DNA of 64,000 nt, taken from NCBI GenBank assembly GCA_015060015.1, contig SUZG01000001.1:23605-87604 (forward strand). Reading direction: 5' to 3'. Shown here in pieces: positions 1 to 8,981 of this stretch (its first letter is position 1; every line of letters begins with the position of its first letter). The DNA comes from Rikenellaceae bacterium. GTDB lineage: Bacteria; Bacteroidota; Bacteroidia; Bacteroidales; Rikenellaceae. The notes beneath the pieces are model-generated. The model did no database searches. It was not told where the DNA came from and was given only the letters and a program-made list of their open reading frames with translations. The position numbers and the translations under genes were made by a program.

Positions 1-221
1 CCCTTATCGGCATCGAAGGCCACAGCCGGCAGCGGGCCGAAGTTATATCCGGTCTTGACAATCTCCTTCTTGGCAGGAGCCTCGGCGAGGGTCTGCTCGG
101 TAGCACTCTTTTCGGCGAGGGTCTGCTCAATGGAAGTCTGCTCGGCGTTCTCGCTTTGAGCAAAAGCCACATTACAGCACAGGGCCGTCAGCAGAATGGT
201 TACAATGTATCGTAATCTCAT
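1..221 (-). CDS. N-terminal part (truncated by window edge) of a secreted/outer-membrane protein, possibly Omp85/BamA-TamA-like surface antigen family
   Basis: Not in the ORF track. Read manually: ATG at 221 gives MRLRYIVTILLTALCCNVAFAQSENAEQTSIEQTLAEKSATEQTLAEAPAKKEIVKTGYNFGPLPAVAFDADKG..., open to the window edge. It has a Sec signal peptide (AFA-Q), and KTGYNFGPLPAVAFD resembles the start of Bacteroidales Omp85-like proteins. It lies 10 bp after the plsC stop on the same strand. Confidence 0.6.
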   Translation of the reverse strand, partial: MRLRYIVTILLTALCCNVAFAQSENAEQTSIEQTLAEKSATEQTLAEAPAKKEIVKTGYNFGPLPAVAFDADK

Positions 222-231
222 AATGTATGGG

Positions 232-1557
232 TTATTCGTTAAAAATCATCTCTCTTATCTTTGCATACTTCTCACGCAAAGGCTTATTGAGCAACAGTTT
301 GGTGTCGGAAATCATAATTCTCACCAGACGGTAGGTCTCGTGAGCCACAATAGGTGCAGGCAGAAGCAGCACTATAACCGGCAGAGCCCACTGCCAGGGC
401 AGGCAGACGAAGGCTATAATCGAGTAGATTATCATCAGCACAGGCCACAACACCAGATTTGCCAGATAGCGGATAGAGTTGCGGAAGGCATAGTCCTTCA
501 ACTTGGTGAAGAGGTATGCACACAGCAACTTGATAGGCAGAGTAAGCAGCGTAACGGGGATGTTATACGGCAGTTTGACTATCAGCACCAGCGTTTTCAG
601 CACTCGCGACCAGAAGGGATATTTTATAGATACCGACGAGAGGCTGATGTTGCTGGCCTTGCGTATCTGCGAAGCCTCGCGTCCCAGCGTCAGCAGGCGG
701 GCAGCCTTCTCGGGATTCTCCTCTTTGAGTTGCAGTATCTGCCTTACGGTCTCGTTGTTTGCCTCGAAATAGGCCTCCATACCACGCAGGCGGCGACCAT
801 GCTTGTTTATCTCATCGACGCGTTGCTGGACAACTGCAGCACAGATGTCGTAGGTGGCATCGTAGTCCTCGTCGTTGGGGATATAGAGGGTCGATTGCTG
901 CATACGCACAGCAAGCAGCTCCTTCATTGCATTCATCTGCTCCTGCGGTGTCATATCGCTGTGCGAAGCGGTGAACTCGCCCACATTGATAGGCTCGCCT
1001 ATCTGCACACGCACCGTGGAACGGAAGCGGAAGAAACTGCCATAACGCAGACCCACGGGAACGATATAGAGAGGCATATCGGGCATCATCTCCTGTGCCT
1101 GAAAGGCTATGCGGAAGATACCCTTCGACAGCGGCAGAGCCGAGTATTTTGTCTGATGCGTACCCTCGGGGAAGATGCAGAACGGCACCTTGTCACGCAG
1201 CACATCGACAGCCTTCTCTATCGTCTCGGTGTTCTTCTTCACCTCGTCGATGCCGTCACGCATACGCATAATGGGCATAATTTTCAGGAACGAAAATATC
1301 TTCGCCAGCAGCGGCTTCTTGAAAATATCGGCACGGGCAACAAAGACCTTCGCCTTCTTATCCATTGCCAGAACAACCAACGCATCCATCAGGGCGTTGG
1401 TATGGTTGGGTGCGTAGATTACAGCACCATCCTGCGGGATATTCTCGCGTCCCACATAGCGTATGCTGCGATAGGAGAGGCGTAGAACGAAATCCACATA
1501 GCGACGCAACAGATGATACCACCTGTTGTAGTCCTGAATCTTCTTCGGTTGAGCCAT
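232..1557 (-). CDS. 1-acyl-sn-glycerol-3-phosphate acyltransferase (PlsC-like) with C-terminal membrane extension
   Basis: Acyltransferase motifs NHTNALMD (HX4D), VFVARADIF and FPEGT; hydrophobic C-terminal helices. Confidence 0.85.
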   Translation of the reverse strand: MAQPKKIQDYNRWYHLLRRYVDFVLRLSYRSIRYVGRENIPQDGAVIYAPNHTNALMDALVVLAMDKKAKVFVARADIFKKPLLAKIFSFLKIMPIMRMRDGIDEVKKNTETIEKAVDVLRDKVPFCIFPEGTHQTKYSALPLSKGIFRIAFQAQEMMPDMPLYIVPVGLRYGSFFRFRSTVRVQIGEPINVGEFTASHSDMTPQEQMNAMKELLAVRMQQSTLYIPNDEDYDATYDICAAVVQQRVDEINKHGRRLRGMEAYFEANNETVRQILQLKEENPEKAARLLTLGREASQIRKASNISLSSVSIKYPFWSRVLKTLVLIVKLPYNIPVTLLTLPIKLLCAYLFTKLKDYAFRNSIRYLANLVLWPVLMIIYSIIAFVCLPWQWALPVIVLLLPAPIVAHETYRLVRIMISDTKLLLNKPLREKYAKIREMIFNE

Positions 1558-1560
1558 AAG

Positions 1561-2514
1561 CTAATCGTTGATAGGTGTTCGGCGGAAGATAAAGGCCACC
1601 GCAAGTCCCGAAATAATGTGCCAGATACCCCACCACGCCGTAATGATGAGCATACCGCCATAGTGGCCGTGCCATATCTCGGGCGGGAAGATAGCGGCAT
1701 TGAACAAGAGGATGAGTCCCAGACCGGAGTTCTGAATACCGGTCTCGATGGTGAGTGAACGGCGGTCGGCCGTAGGCACTTTCATCAGCGTTCCACCCAG
1801 ATAACCCGTTCCCAACGCACAGCCATTGTGGATAAAGACAATGATGACGATATAGAAGAGGTTATCGATGAAGAGTTGCCAGTTCTGCGAGAACGACACG
1901 GTAACCATCGCCAGGAAGAGCAGGATAGACAAGAACTGTGCCGGGCGTGTGATACGCTTTGTCGCATTGGGGAAGTAGCGTGCAAAGAGCAGACCCAGCA
2001 CGATAGGCACTCCCAGCAGCAGCAATATCTGCTCCAGCATAGGCATAAAGGGAATCACGAGGCGTGGTATGTCGCTATGGATGCTGATGATGCGGCTGTA
2101 CATCGTGCCCCAGAAGAAGAAGTTAAAGGGCGTCACCAACGGAGCAAAGGCTGTTGTTATGGCGGTCATGGAGACCGAGAGCTCGATGTTTCCCTTCGAC
2201 AGCGAAGAGATGAAGTTTGAGATGTTTCCGCCCGGACACGATGCCACCAGAATCATACCGAGGGCCACCATAGGGGTAATCCATTGGTTGAGCAGCAACA
2301 CCACCGCAAAGGTCACGGCGGGCAGACCCACCCACTGCAGGAACACACCCGTCAAAACAGACTTGGGACTCTTGAAAACATCTTTGAATGTCTGTGGCTT
2401 GATACCCAACGCCACGCCAAACATCACGAATGCGAGTATGATGTTCACAATGAACATACCTCCCTCACCAAAGTTAATGGTCAAACTATTCAGTCCTTCC
2501 AGTTGTTCTTTCAT
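1561..2514 (-). CDS. Bile acid:sodium symporter (BASS) family transporter
   Basis: Motifs MFGVALG, ASCPGGNISNF, SVSMTAITT and IETGIQNSGLG; about 9-10 TM helices. Start set at ATG 2514 (MKEQLEG); the ORF track extends to 2556. Confidence 0.9.
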   Translation of the reverse strand: MKEQLEGLNSLTINFGEGGMFIVNIILAFVMFGVALGIKPQTFKDVFKSPKSVLTGVFLQWVGLPAVTFAVVLLLNQWITPMVALGMILVASCPGGNISNFISSLSKGNIELSVSMTAITTAFAPLVTPFNFFFWGTMYSRIISIHSDIPRLVIPFMPMLEQILLLLGVPIVLGLLFARYFPNATKRITRPAQFLSILLFLAMVTVSFSQNWQLFIDNLFYIVIIVFIHNGCALGTGYLGGTLMKVPTADRRSLTIETGIQNSGLGLILLFNAAIFPPEIWHGHYGGMLIITAWWGIWHIISGLAVAFIFRRTPIND

Positions 2515-2680
2515 CTGAATACAAAATTTACCGAGCAGCCATTGTTGCCCACCCAAAGGGCAGCACGATGATGACTGCTTGTTGTAAATACTCCGTTAAC
2601 CTGGCCAATCACATTGCAGAAGGGGCCTACAAATGCCATTTTCTCCCGCTATTCGCGACATTTTTTGCTCTTGGCACGCA

Positions 2681-2688
2681 CAAATATA
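2681..2688 (-). promoter_or_regulatory. Bacteroidota sigmaA -7 box (TATATTTG) for BASS-plsC-OMP operon
   Basis: CAAATATA on + strand = TAnnTTTG on -, about 165 bp upstream of the BASS start. Confidence 0.55.
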
Positions 2689-3006
2689 CCAAAATTTATT
2701 ACAAAAACACTATTTCCGACCATAATATCTGCTCATTCCCAGCATAATATATACCGAATGGAGTGTTTTTGAATAAAAAGTGGCTGTAAAAATGGCTACA
2801 AAACAGGAGTATGTATAAGAGAATGTATAGAGGGCTATTTTGTGGAGATTGGCTGCTACGCAGACTGTGGTCTGCTTCGCTTAACGCCTTTCCCCATAGC
2901 TCGCCGCGGGGCCTGAACAAAAGAATCAGATTCGCAAGCAGTTGCTGTGCAACACTTTTTGTTATTATACCCTATGCTCTGCAAACAAGTTCGCAGCATA
3001 GGATAT

Positions 3007-3037
3007 AAAAACAAAAGGTGTCGAAAATCGACACCTT
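3007..3037 (-). terminator. Rho-independent terminator after tRNA-Glu
   Basis: Perfect 10-bp stem AAGGTGTCGA-aaa-TCGACACCTT followed on the - strand by a T-rich tract. Confidence 0.75.
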
Positions 3038-3057
3038 CTTGCTCATCTAATCTTTTG

Positions 3058-3129
3058 TAGTGGATAGGGGATTCGAACCCCTATGTCATGCGTGAGAGGC
3101 ATGTATCCTAGCCCTTAGATGAATCCACC
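3058..3129 (-). tRNA. tRNA-Glu (anticodon CTC)
   Basis: Minus strand reads GGTGGATTCATCTAAGGGCTAGGATACATGCCTCTCACGCATGACATAGGGGTTCGAATCCCCTATCCACTA. Acceptor stem GGTGGAT/ATCCACT, anticodon stem CATGC/GCATG with loop CT-CTC-AC, T-loop GGTTCGAATCC. No encoded CCA. A -7 box (TATATTTG) lies at 3145-3152. Confidence 0.95.
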
Positions 3130-3271
3130 GCTTGTTTCGTGGTGCAAATATAGAGCAAAAAAATGATTCTGCAAATTTTTTTGCAAAAAAAGTACATTTT
3201 TCTGCTCAAAACACTCTGAATGGCTCTCAAAAGGGCTTTTGAAAAGGCCCATTATGAGTTACTCGTTGGGG

Positions 3272-4591
3272 TTACTCGTTCAGGTATTCGAGGATATTGC
3301 CGCTAATCTGCTGCAACGAAATCTCGCACAGCTTGGCGTTATACTCCGCAGTAAGGATGCGTTCCTCGGCATCCAGAAGGCTCTTCTGTGCCTCACGCAT
3401 ATCGATACCCGCAAGGTTACCCAGCAGGTAGCGTTCCATAGCGATTTCGTAGTTCTCCTTCGCCGAGATAAGGTTCTGGGTCTCCAGCTTGATGACCTCC
3501 AGATTATTCTGGTAAGCCTGCCAGAAGTTGGCTAAATCGGCCATAAGAGCCAGCTGCAACTGCTCACGCGTATATTGTGCGTTCTCCACCTCGATACGGG
3601 CATTGCGTTGCTCGCGGCGGCGGTTACCATCAAAGATGGTAAAGCCGAGTTTCAAGCCCACATTTGGGCCGAGAGTTCCGCGGCTCTTGAACTCACCGCT
3701 ACCGAAATAGTTATGCGTATAGCCATACCCTGCCACGAGGTTCAGGTAGGGGTAGTTTCGCGATTTCAGGGCCTTCAAGTCGAGCTCCGAGATAGTCATA
3801 TTCCTGTCGGCAATGAGCAGCGACACATTCGTCGAGGCTGTCTGCTCGGCCAACGCATCCCACTTCAAGTGGTCATTCACCGTAATCACCGAGTCGCGGG
3901 CGGCACAACGCAGGTTGATGTCGTGGTTGCCCATCATCTCGTTCATACGGATACGCGATGCCGTAACCAGCTCCTGCTGCGTCATATACTGCGACGAGTC
4001 GGCATTGAAATCGACACGCGCCTGCAACACATCGAGGCGTGAGAAGCTACCGATACGGAATCTCTCCTCGGTGATACGCAGTCGTTCACGCGACAGAGAG
4101 ACCGCATAGCGATAGTTTTTCAGTCGTATGGTCTGCTGTATGAGGTTATAGTACTCGGCCGTAAGGTTGGCCACCAAGTCCTCGATAGCCAGACGGGTCT
4201 GCAACTCGCCCACCTGACGCATCTCCTGCAACTTCGAGTAGTTGGTACGCAGACGCAGACCGTCAAAGATAGTCCAGTTAAGCGACAGCCCCACATCGAG
4301 GCTCTGGTCGTAGGCTCCGTTGTTGGTAATCTTATCGCCGGTGACAGGTGTTGTTGTGGTGCGGTCGGTACTGCCGGCATAGCCTGCCGAGAGGTCCAGC
4401 GTGGGGAGCATACCCGCCGCAGCACGCGTAGCGTTATTCTCGCTGATACGAGCCTCGTTGCGTTGTATGAGGATTTCGTAGTTGTTCTCCAAGCCCTCCT
4501 CCAAGCACTCGCCGAGTGACATCACGCGATGCTGTGCCGAGGCCGTAGCAAAGGCTGCAACAGCCAGTATGATTGAAAGAAAATATCTCAT
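3272..4591 (-). CDS. TolC-family outer membrane efflux protein
   Basis: Signal peptide, MSLGECLEEGLENN start, LPTLDLSAGY and YPYLNLVAGY repeats, terminal LLDAEERILTAEYN; last gene of the RND operon. Confidence 0.9.
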   Translation of the reverse strand: MRYFLSIILAVAAFATASAQHRVMSLGECLEEGLENNYEILIQRNEARISENNATRAAAGMLPTLDLSAGYAGSTDRTTTTPVTGDKITNNGAYDQSLDVGLSLNWTIFDGLRLRTNYSKLQEMRQVGELQTRLAIEDLVANLTAEYYNLIQQTIRLKNYRYAVSLSRERLRITEERFRIGSFSRLDVLQARVDFNADSSQYMTQQELVTASRIRMNEMMGNHDINLRCAARDSVITVNDHLKWDALAEQTASTNVSLLIADRNMTISELDLKALKSRNYPYLNLVAGYGYTHNYFGSGEFKSRGTLGPNVGLKLGFTIFDGNRRREQRNARIEVENAQYTREQLQLALMADLANFWQAYQNNLEVIKLETQNLISAKENYEIAMERYLLGNLAGIDMREAQKSLLDAEERILTAEYNAKLCEISLQQISGNILEYLNE

Positions 4592-4602
4592 AATAACCTA
4601 AT

Positions 4603-7600
4603 TTATAGTCGCTTACTTCTGTCGGTTGATACATAAGAGTAGATTGCCGGCACGATATACAGCGTGAGGATAGTCGATACCAGCATACCTCCCACCACCG
4701 TAACACCCATAGCGATACGGCCGTTAGCACCCTCGCCCGTAGCCATAGTCAGGGGCAACAGACCAAGGATTGTCGAGGCACTCGTCATAAGGATAGGTCG
4801 CATACGCTGCAACGAAGCCTGCTCGATAGCCTCCATCTTGCCCAGACCCGACTCCTGCTTCTGGTTGGCGAACTCCACGATGAGGATACCGTTCTTCGCC
4901 ACCAGACCGATAAGCATAATGATACCAATCTGCGTGTAGATATTCATCGTCTGCCCCGTAGAGGCCATAAAGACCAACGCACCGGCGATAGCCAAAGGTA
5001 CGGTGAGCATGATGACCAGCGGGTCCTTGAAGCTCTCGAACTGTGCCGCCAGAATGAGGTAGATGAGCAGGATAGCCAGCAGGAAGGCGAACATAAGGCT
5101 TGATGAACTCTCGCGGAACTCCTTCGAGTCGCCCGTGAGGGCTGTGCGGAAGTCGTCGGGCAGCACCTCGGCGGCTATGCGGTCCATCTCATTCAGGCCG
5201 TCGCCGATGGTCTTGCCCTTGGCCAGACCTGCCGACACCGTTGCCGAGAGGAAGCGGTTGTAGTGGTAGAGCTGCGGCGGAGCCACATTCTCCTCCACCT
5301 GCACGAGGTTATCCATCTGTATCATCTCGCCGGCACTGTTTCTCAAATAGATGGATTTCAGGTCGGCGGGCTTGTTACGCTGCTGGCGGTTTATCTCGGC
5401 CAGAATCTCGTACTGCTTGCCGTTCATATAGAAGTAACCCATACGCTGACCACTCAATCCATATTGCAGCGTCTGTGCTATGTCGCGGGTCGAGACGCCC
5501 AACATATTGGCCTTGTCGCGGTTGATGTTGATGCGTGCCTCCGGCTTACTGAATTTGAGGTTCACATCGGCCATACGGAAGACATCACTCTCATATACCC
5601 TCTCCATAAACTTGGGCAACACCTCCTCCAAGCGTTCGATGGTTGTCGCCTGCAACACATACTGCACAGGCATACCGCCACGACGACCACCGAAGGTCGA
5701 TTGCTGACGCACGAAGGCACGGGCCTTGGTATGCTTGCCCACCTCGGAGGTTATCTGCTCGGCAATCTCCATCTGTGAACGCTTACGCGTCTGTATATCC
5801 TCCAAGGCTATCTGCACATTACCCTGACCGCTGCTCACACGGGCCGTAACATAACGCGACTCCGGCACAAGCGAATCCACTATGCTGTTGATATTCTCGG
5901 TATAGTCACGCAGGAACTCGTAGGTGGCACCCTCCGAGCCCTTGGTGCTGATGGTAATCTGCGAACGGTCCTCCAACGGAGCCAGCTCGGCAGGTATGGT
6001 AGCCCACAACCAGCCGATGACAACGAACATAGCCACCGACAGAGGTATAGCTATCCAGCGACAACGCAGGAAGCCCGCCAGCGTGCGGCTGTAAAAGTCG
6101 TTGAGCCACTCAAAGAAGGGCTCGGTCTTGGTGTAGAACCACGACTGCTTCTCCTGCTTAACGAGCAGCTTCGAGGCGAGCATAGGCGTCACGGTGAGGG
6201 CGGCGAAGGTAGAGATTATCACCGCACCCGATATCACGAGGCTGAACTCGATGAACAGTCGGCCCGTCATACCCTCCATAAAGACTATGGGGAAGAATAC
6301 CGCCAGCAGGGTTATAGATGTAGAGAGCACCGCAAAGAAAATCTCCTTTGCACCCTCGATACCCGCCTCGAAGGGCGACATACCCCTCTCGATGCGGATA
6401 TATATGTTCTCGGTCATAACGATAGCATCATCCACCACCAGACCCACCGACAGCACCACAGCCAGCATCGAGAGGACATTGATAGAGAAGCCCGCAAGGT
6501 ACATCAGGAAGAATGTACCAATCAACGATACGGGAATCACGATGCAGGGGATAAGCGTGATGCGGAAGTTACGCAGGAAGAGGAAGATGATGATAATCAC
6601 CAATATAAAGGCCTCATAGACGGTCTGCTTAACCTCGTCGATTGAGGCACGGATAAAGTGCGTATTGTCGAAGCCGTAGTTCAGCACCACATCTTCGGGC
6701 AAATCCTTACGCATCTGCTCAACGCGTTCATAGACAGCATCGGCAATCTCGATATGGTTGGCACCCGGCTGCGGCACAACAACGACACCCACCATAGGCA
6801 CGCCGTTCATCTTCATATAGCTGCGTGTATCCTGTGGGCCGAGCTCGGCACGGCCAATGTCACTGAGGCGTATGATACGGCTGTCACTCTGCTTGATTAC
6901 AAGGTCGTTGAACTCCTGCGAGGTGTGCATAAGACCCATCGTGCGAATGGTAAGCTCGGTGGTGTTACCCTCGATACTTCCCGACGGCAGCTCCACATTC
7001 TCCCTGTCCAGAGCACTCTTCACATCTACGGGCGTGATGCCATAGCCCGCCATCTTCGCCGGGTCGAGCCATATACGCATCGAGTAACGCTTCTCACCCC
7101 ATATCTGCACAGCACTCACATCGCTGATGGTCTGCAACTGCTCCTTGATTGTAAGGTCGGCAATCTCGCTTATCTCCAGCAGCGAACGCTTGTCACTCTG
7201 CACCGCCACCATAAGGATAGGCATAGCGTCGGCATCGGCCTTTGATACGGTGGGAGGGTCGCAGTCGCGAGGCAGCCAGCGCTGGGCACGCGACACCTTG
7301 TCACGCACGTCGTTGGCGGCGGTCTCCAAATCGACCGACAGCTCGAACTCCACCGTCACACGGCTCTGTCCCTGCGAGCTGACACTCGACAGCGAACGGA
7401 TGCCCGGGATACCGTTGATGTTCTGCTCCAACGGCTCGGTAATCTGATTCTCAATAACATCGGCATTGGCTCCGGGGTAGGAGCAGGTGACCGAGATGAT
7501 TGGGTTATCGACGCTGGGATACTCTCGCACACCCAACTGCTTGTAACCTATCATACCGAAGATTACAATTATCAGGGTGAGCACCGTGGCGAGTACCGGG

Positions 7601-7629
7601 CGTCGTATGCTGAGTTCCGAAATATTCAT
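4603..7629 (-). CDS. RND efflux permease (AcrB/AcrD/AcrF family)
   Basis: 1008 aa; SIRRPVLATVL start, LSVGLVVDDAIV, GIIMLIGLVAKNGILIVEFA and RMRPILMT motifs. Confidence 0.95.
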   Translation of the reverse strand: MNISELSIRRPVLATVLTLIIVIFGMIGYKQLGVREYPSVDNPIISVTCSYPGANADVIENQITEPLEQNINGIPGIRSLSSVSSQGQSRVTVEFELSVDLETAANDVRDKVSRAQRWLPRDCDPPTVSKADADAMPILMVAVQSDKRSLLEISEIADLTIKEQLQTISDVSAVQIWGEKRYSMRIWLDPAKMAGYGITPVDVKSALDRENVELPSGSIEGNTTELTIRTMGLMHTSQEFNDLVIKQSDSRIIRLSDIGRAELGPQDTRSYMKMNGVPMVGVVVVPQPGANHIEIADAVYERVEQMRKDLPEDVVLNYGFDNTHFIRASIDEVKQTVYEAFILVIIIIFLFLRNFRITLIPCIVIPVSLIGTFFLMYLAGFSINVLSMLAVVLSVGLVVDDAIVMTENIYIRIERGMSPFEAGIEGAKEIFFAVLSTSITLLAVFFPIVFMEGMTGRLFIEFSLVISGAVIISTFAALTVTPMLASKLLVKQEKQSWFYTKTEPFFEWLNDFYSRTLAGFLRCRWIAIPLSVAMFVVIGWLWATIPAELAPLEDRSQITISTKGSEGATYEFLRDYTENINSIVDSLVPESRYVTARVSSGQGNVQIALEDIQTRKRSQMEIAEQITSEVGKHTKARAFVRQQSTFGGRRGGMPVQYVLQATTIERLEEVLPKFMERVYESDVFRMADVNLKFSKPEARININRDKANMLGVSTRDIAQTLQYGLSGQRMGYFYMNGKQYEILAEINRQQRNKPADLKSIYLRNSAGEMIQMDNLVQVEENVAPPQLYHYNRFLSATVSAGLAKGKTIGDGLNEMDRIAAEVLPDDFRTALTGDSKEFRESSSSLMFAFLLAILLIYLILAAQFESFKDPLVIMLTVPLAIAGALVFMASTGQTMNIYTQIGIIMLIGLVAKNGILIVEFANQKQESGLGKMEAIEQASLQRMRPILMTSASTILGLLPLTMATGEGANGRIAMGVTVVGGMLVSTILTLYIVPAIYSYVSTDRSKRL

Positions 7630-7641
7630 ACTTGCAGGTTT

Positions 7642-8718
7642 TTACTCAACGACATCAAGTTTTACGGGCAGATCCTCACGCAACTGCAATGTGCCGGATG
7701 TGATAATCGTGTCGCCGACACTCAAACCCTCGACAATGTGTATGAGGGCATCGGTACGCAGTCCCGTCTTTACGGCTACGGAGTGAGCCTTGCCGTTGCG
7801 ATAGAGATAGACCTTGTCGATACCCATCTCCGGCACGATGGCCTCGGTGGGTATGGCTATGGCGTTGGGGATATCCTGCATACGGATACGTGCCGAGATG
7901 AAACGTCCCGGCATCAGGCGGCCATTGGTGTTGGGATAGGTGGCACGCACGGCGAGTGTGCGGGTCGCCATATCGACCTCCGACTCCTTGGCATAGACCG
8001 TAGCACGATAGGTGGTGTTCTGACCCTCAACGGTGAAGGTCAGCGGAGTGCCTATTTTTATCTGGTCGGCATATCTCTCCGGGATAAACATATCAATCTT
8101 CAATGGCGACACCTTCGTCAGCTTCGCCACCACAACATTCGGTGAGGCGTAGGCTCCCTCGCTGACATTACGCAGACCGATGATGCCATCAAACGGGGCA
8201 CGCAGCTCGGTGAGGGCGATGTTTGAGTTGATAATCTCTATCTCGGCATTGAGCTTCGCCAGCTCGGTGCGAGCCTGCTCGTAGGCCTCCTGACTCACCG
8301 CATCCTTCTCCAGCAGGGCACTATGACGATATACGCGGTCCTGTGCCAGCTTCAGCTGTGCCTCGTAGCGGGCCAGCTGTGCCACCATAGGCTTGTCGTT
8401 TACCTTCGCCAAGAGGTCGCCCTTACGCACAGCCGAGCCCTCCTTGAAGTTAATCTCCACAATCTTGCCCGAGGTCTCGAATGTGAGGTCCACCTCCTCG
8501 TCGGGGAGCAGGTTTCCCACCATTGCTATATCGTCGGTAAGGGTTTGCGTGCGGATAGCCAGGCCATTCACATTGAGAATCTTACGCTGCACTTTGCTCT
8601 TTGCGGCCGGTGCAGCCTCCTCGTTTGAGCCGTAGTGTGTAGTGTAGTATTTGTAGGCAGCTCCCACCAAACAGATGACAACAATCAGAATCGTTGTGAT
8701 AATCCATTTTCTCTTCAT
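7642..8718 (-). CDS. RND efflux periplasmic adaptor (membrane fusion protein)
   Basis: N-terminal TM anchor, lipoyl-like G..V..G.LL motif, LRAPFDGIIG and VDMATRT motifs. Confidence 0.92.
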   Translation of the reverse strand: MKRKWIITTILIVVICLVGAAYKYYTTHYGSNEEAAPAAKSKVQRKILNVNGLAIRTQTLTDDIAMVGNLLPDEEVDLTFETSGKIVEINFKEGSAVRKGDLLAKVNDKPMVAQLARYEAQLKLAQDRVYRHSALLEKDAVSQEAYEQARTELAKLNAEIEIINSNIALTELRAPFDGIIGLRNVSEGAYASPNVVVAKLTKVSPLKIDMFIPERYADQIKIGTPLTFTVEGQNTTYRATVYAKESEVDMATRTLAVRATYPNTNGRLMPGRFISARIRMQDIPNAIAIPTEAIVPEMGIDKVYLYRNGKAHSVAVKTGLRTDALIHIVEGLSVGDTIITSGTLQLREDLPVKLDVVE

Positions 8719-8905
8719 CGGGCAATTTTTTTAGTTCAACTTTTTGTTCGGTAAATCTCCGCAAAGATACTAAAAAGTATATAAAATAGGTATAGTTTTA
8801 CCTGCGACAAAGGGTGAAGTGGCAAAAAACGGCGGTGAAAAACTGTTTTCATCACAAAAGAATTTCGGCATTTGACAATTTCACTACAAGCGACCAACAA
8901 GCGAT

Positions 8906-8939
8906 AAAAAACCTGCCCGACCAAAAAAGGTCAGGCAGG
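8906..8939 (-). terminator. Rho-independent terminator of the oxidoreductase/DUF1080 operon
   Basis: CCTGCC-CGACC-A6-GGTCA-GGCAGG stem with an A-tract on the + strand side. Confidence 0.6.
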
Positions 8940-8981
8940 CTGTGTCGTTAATCTCTGTCGCTACGGCAGAGAGTTTCGCTT

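Noticed and set aside
196-1485. 429-aa + strand ORF antisense to plsC
   Set aside because: Shadow ORF caused by GC3-biased codons on the real strand; no motifs, and fully overlaps a well-supported gene.
3058-3129. tRNA-Glu as an island integration site
   Set aside because: No duplicated tRNA 3' end seen elsewhere in the window and no adjacent integrase.
8836-8851. TGAAAA-ACTG-TTTTCA palindrome upstream of the RND operon
   Set aside because: Short and A/T-rich, so likely by chance; no regulator gene nearby to support it.
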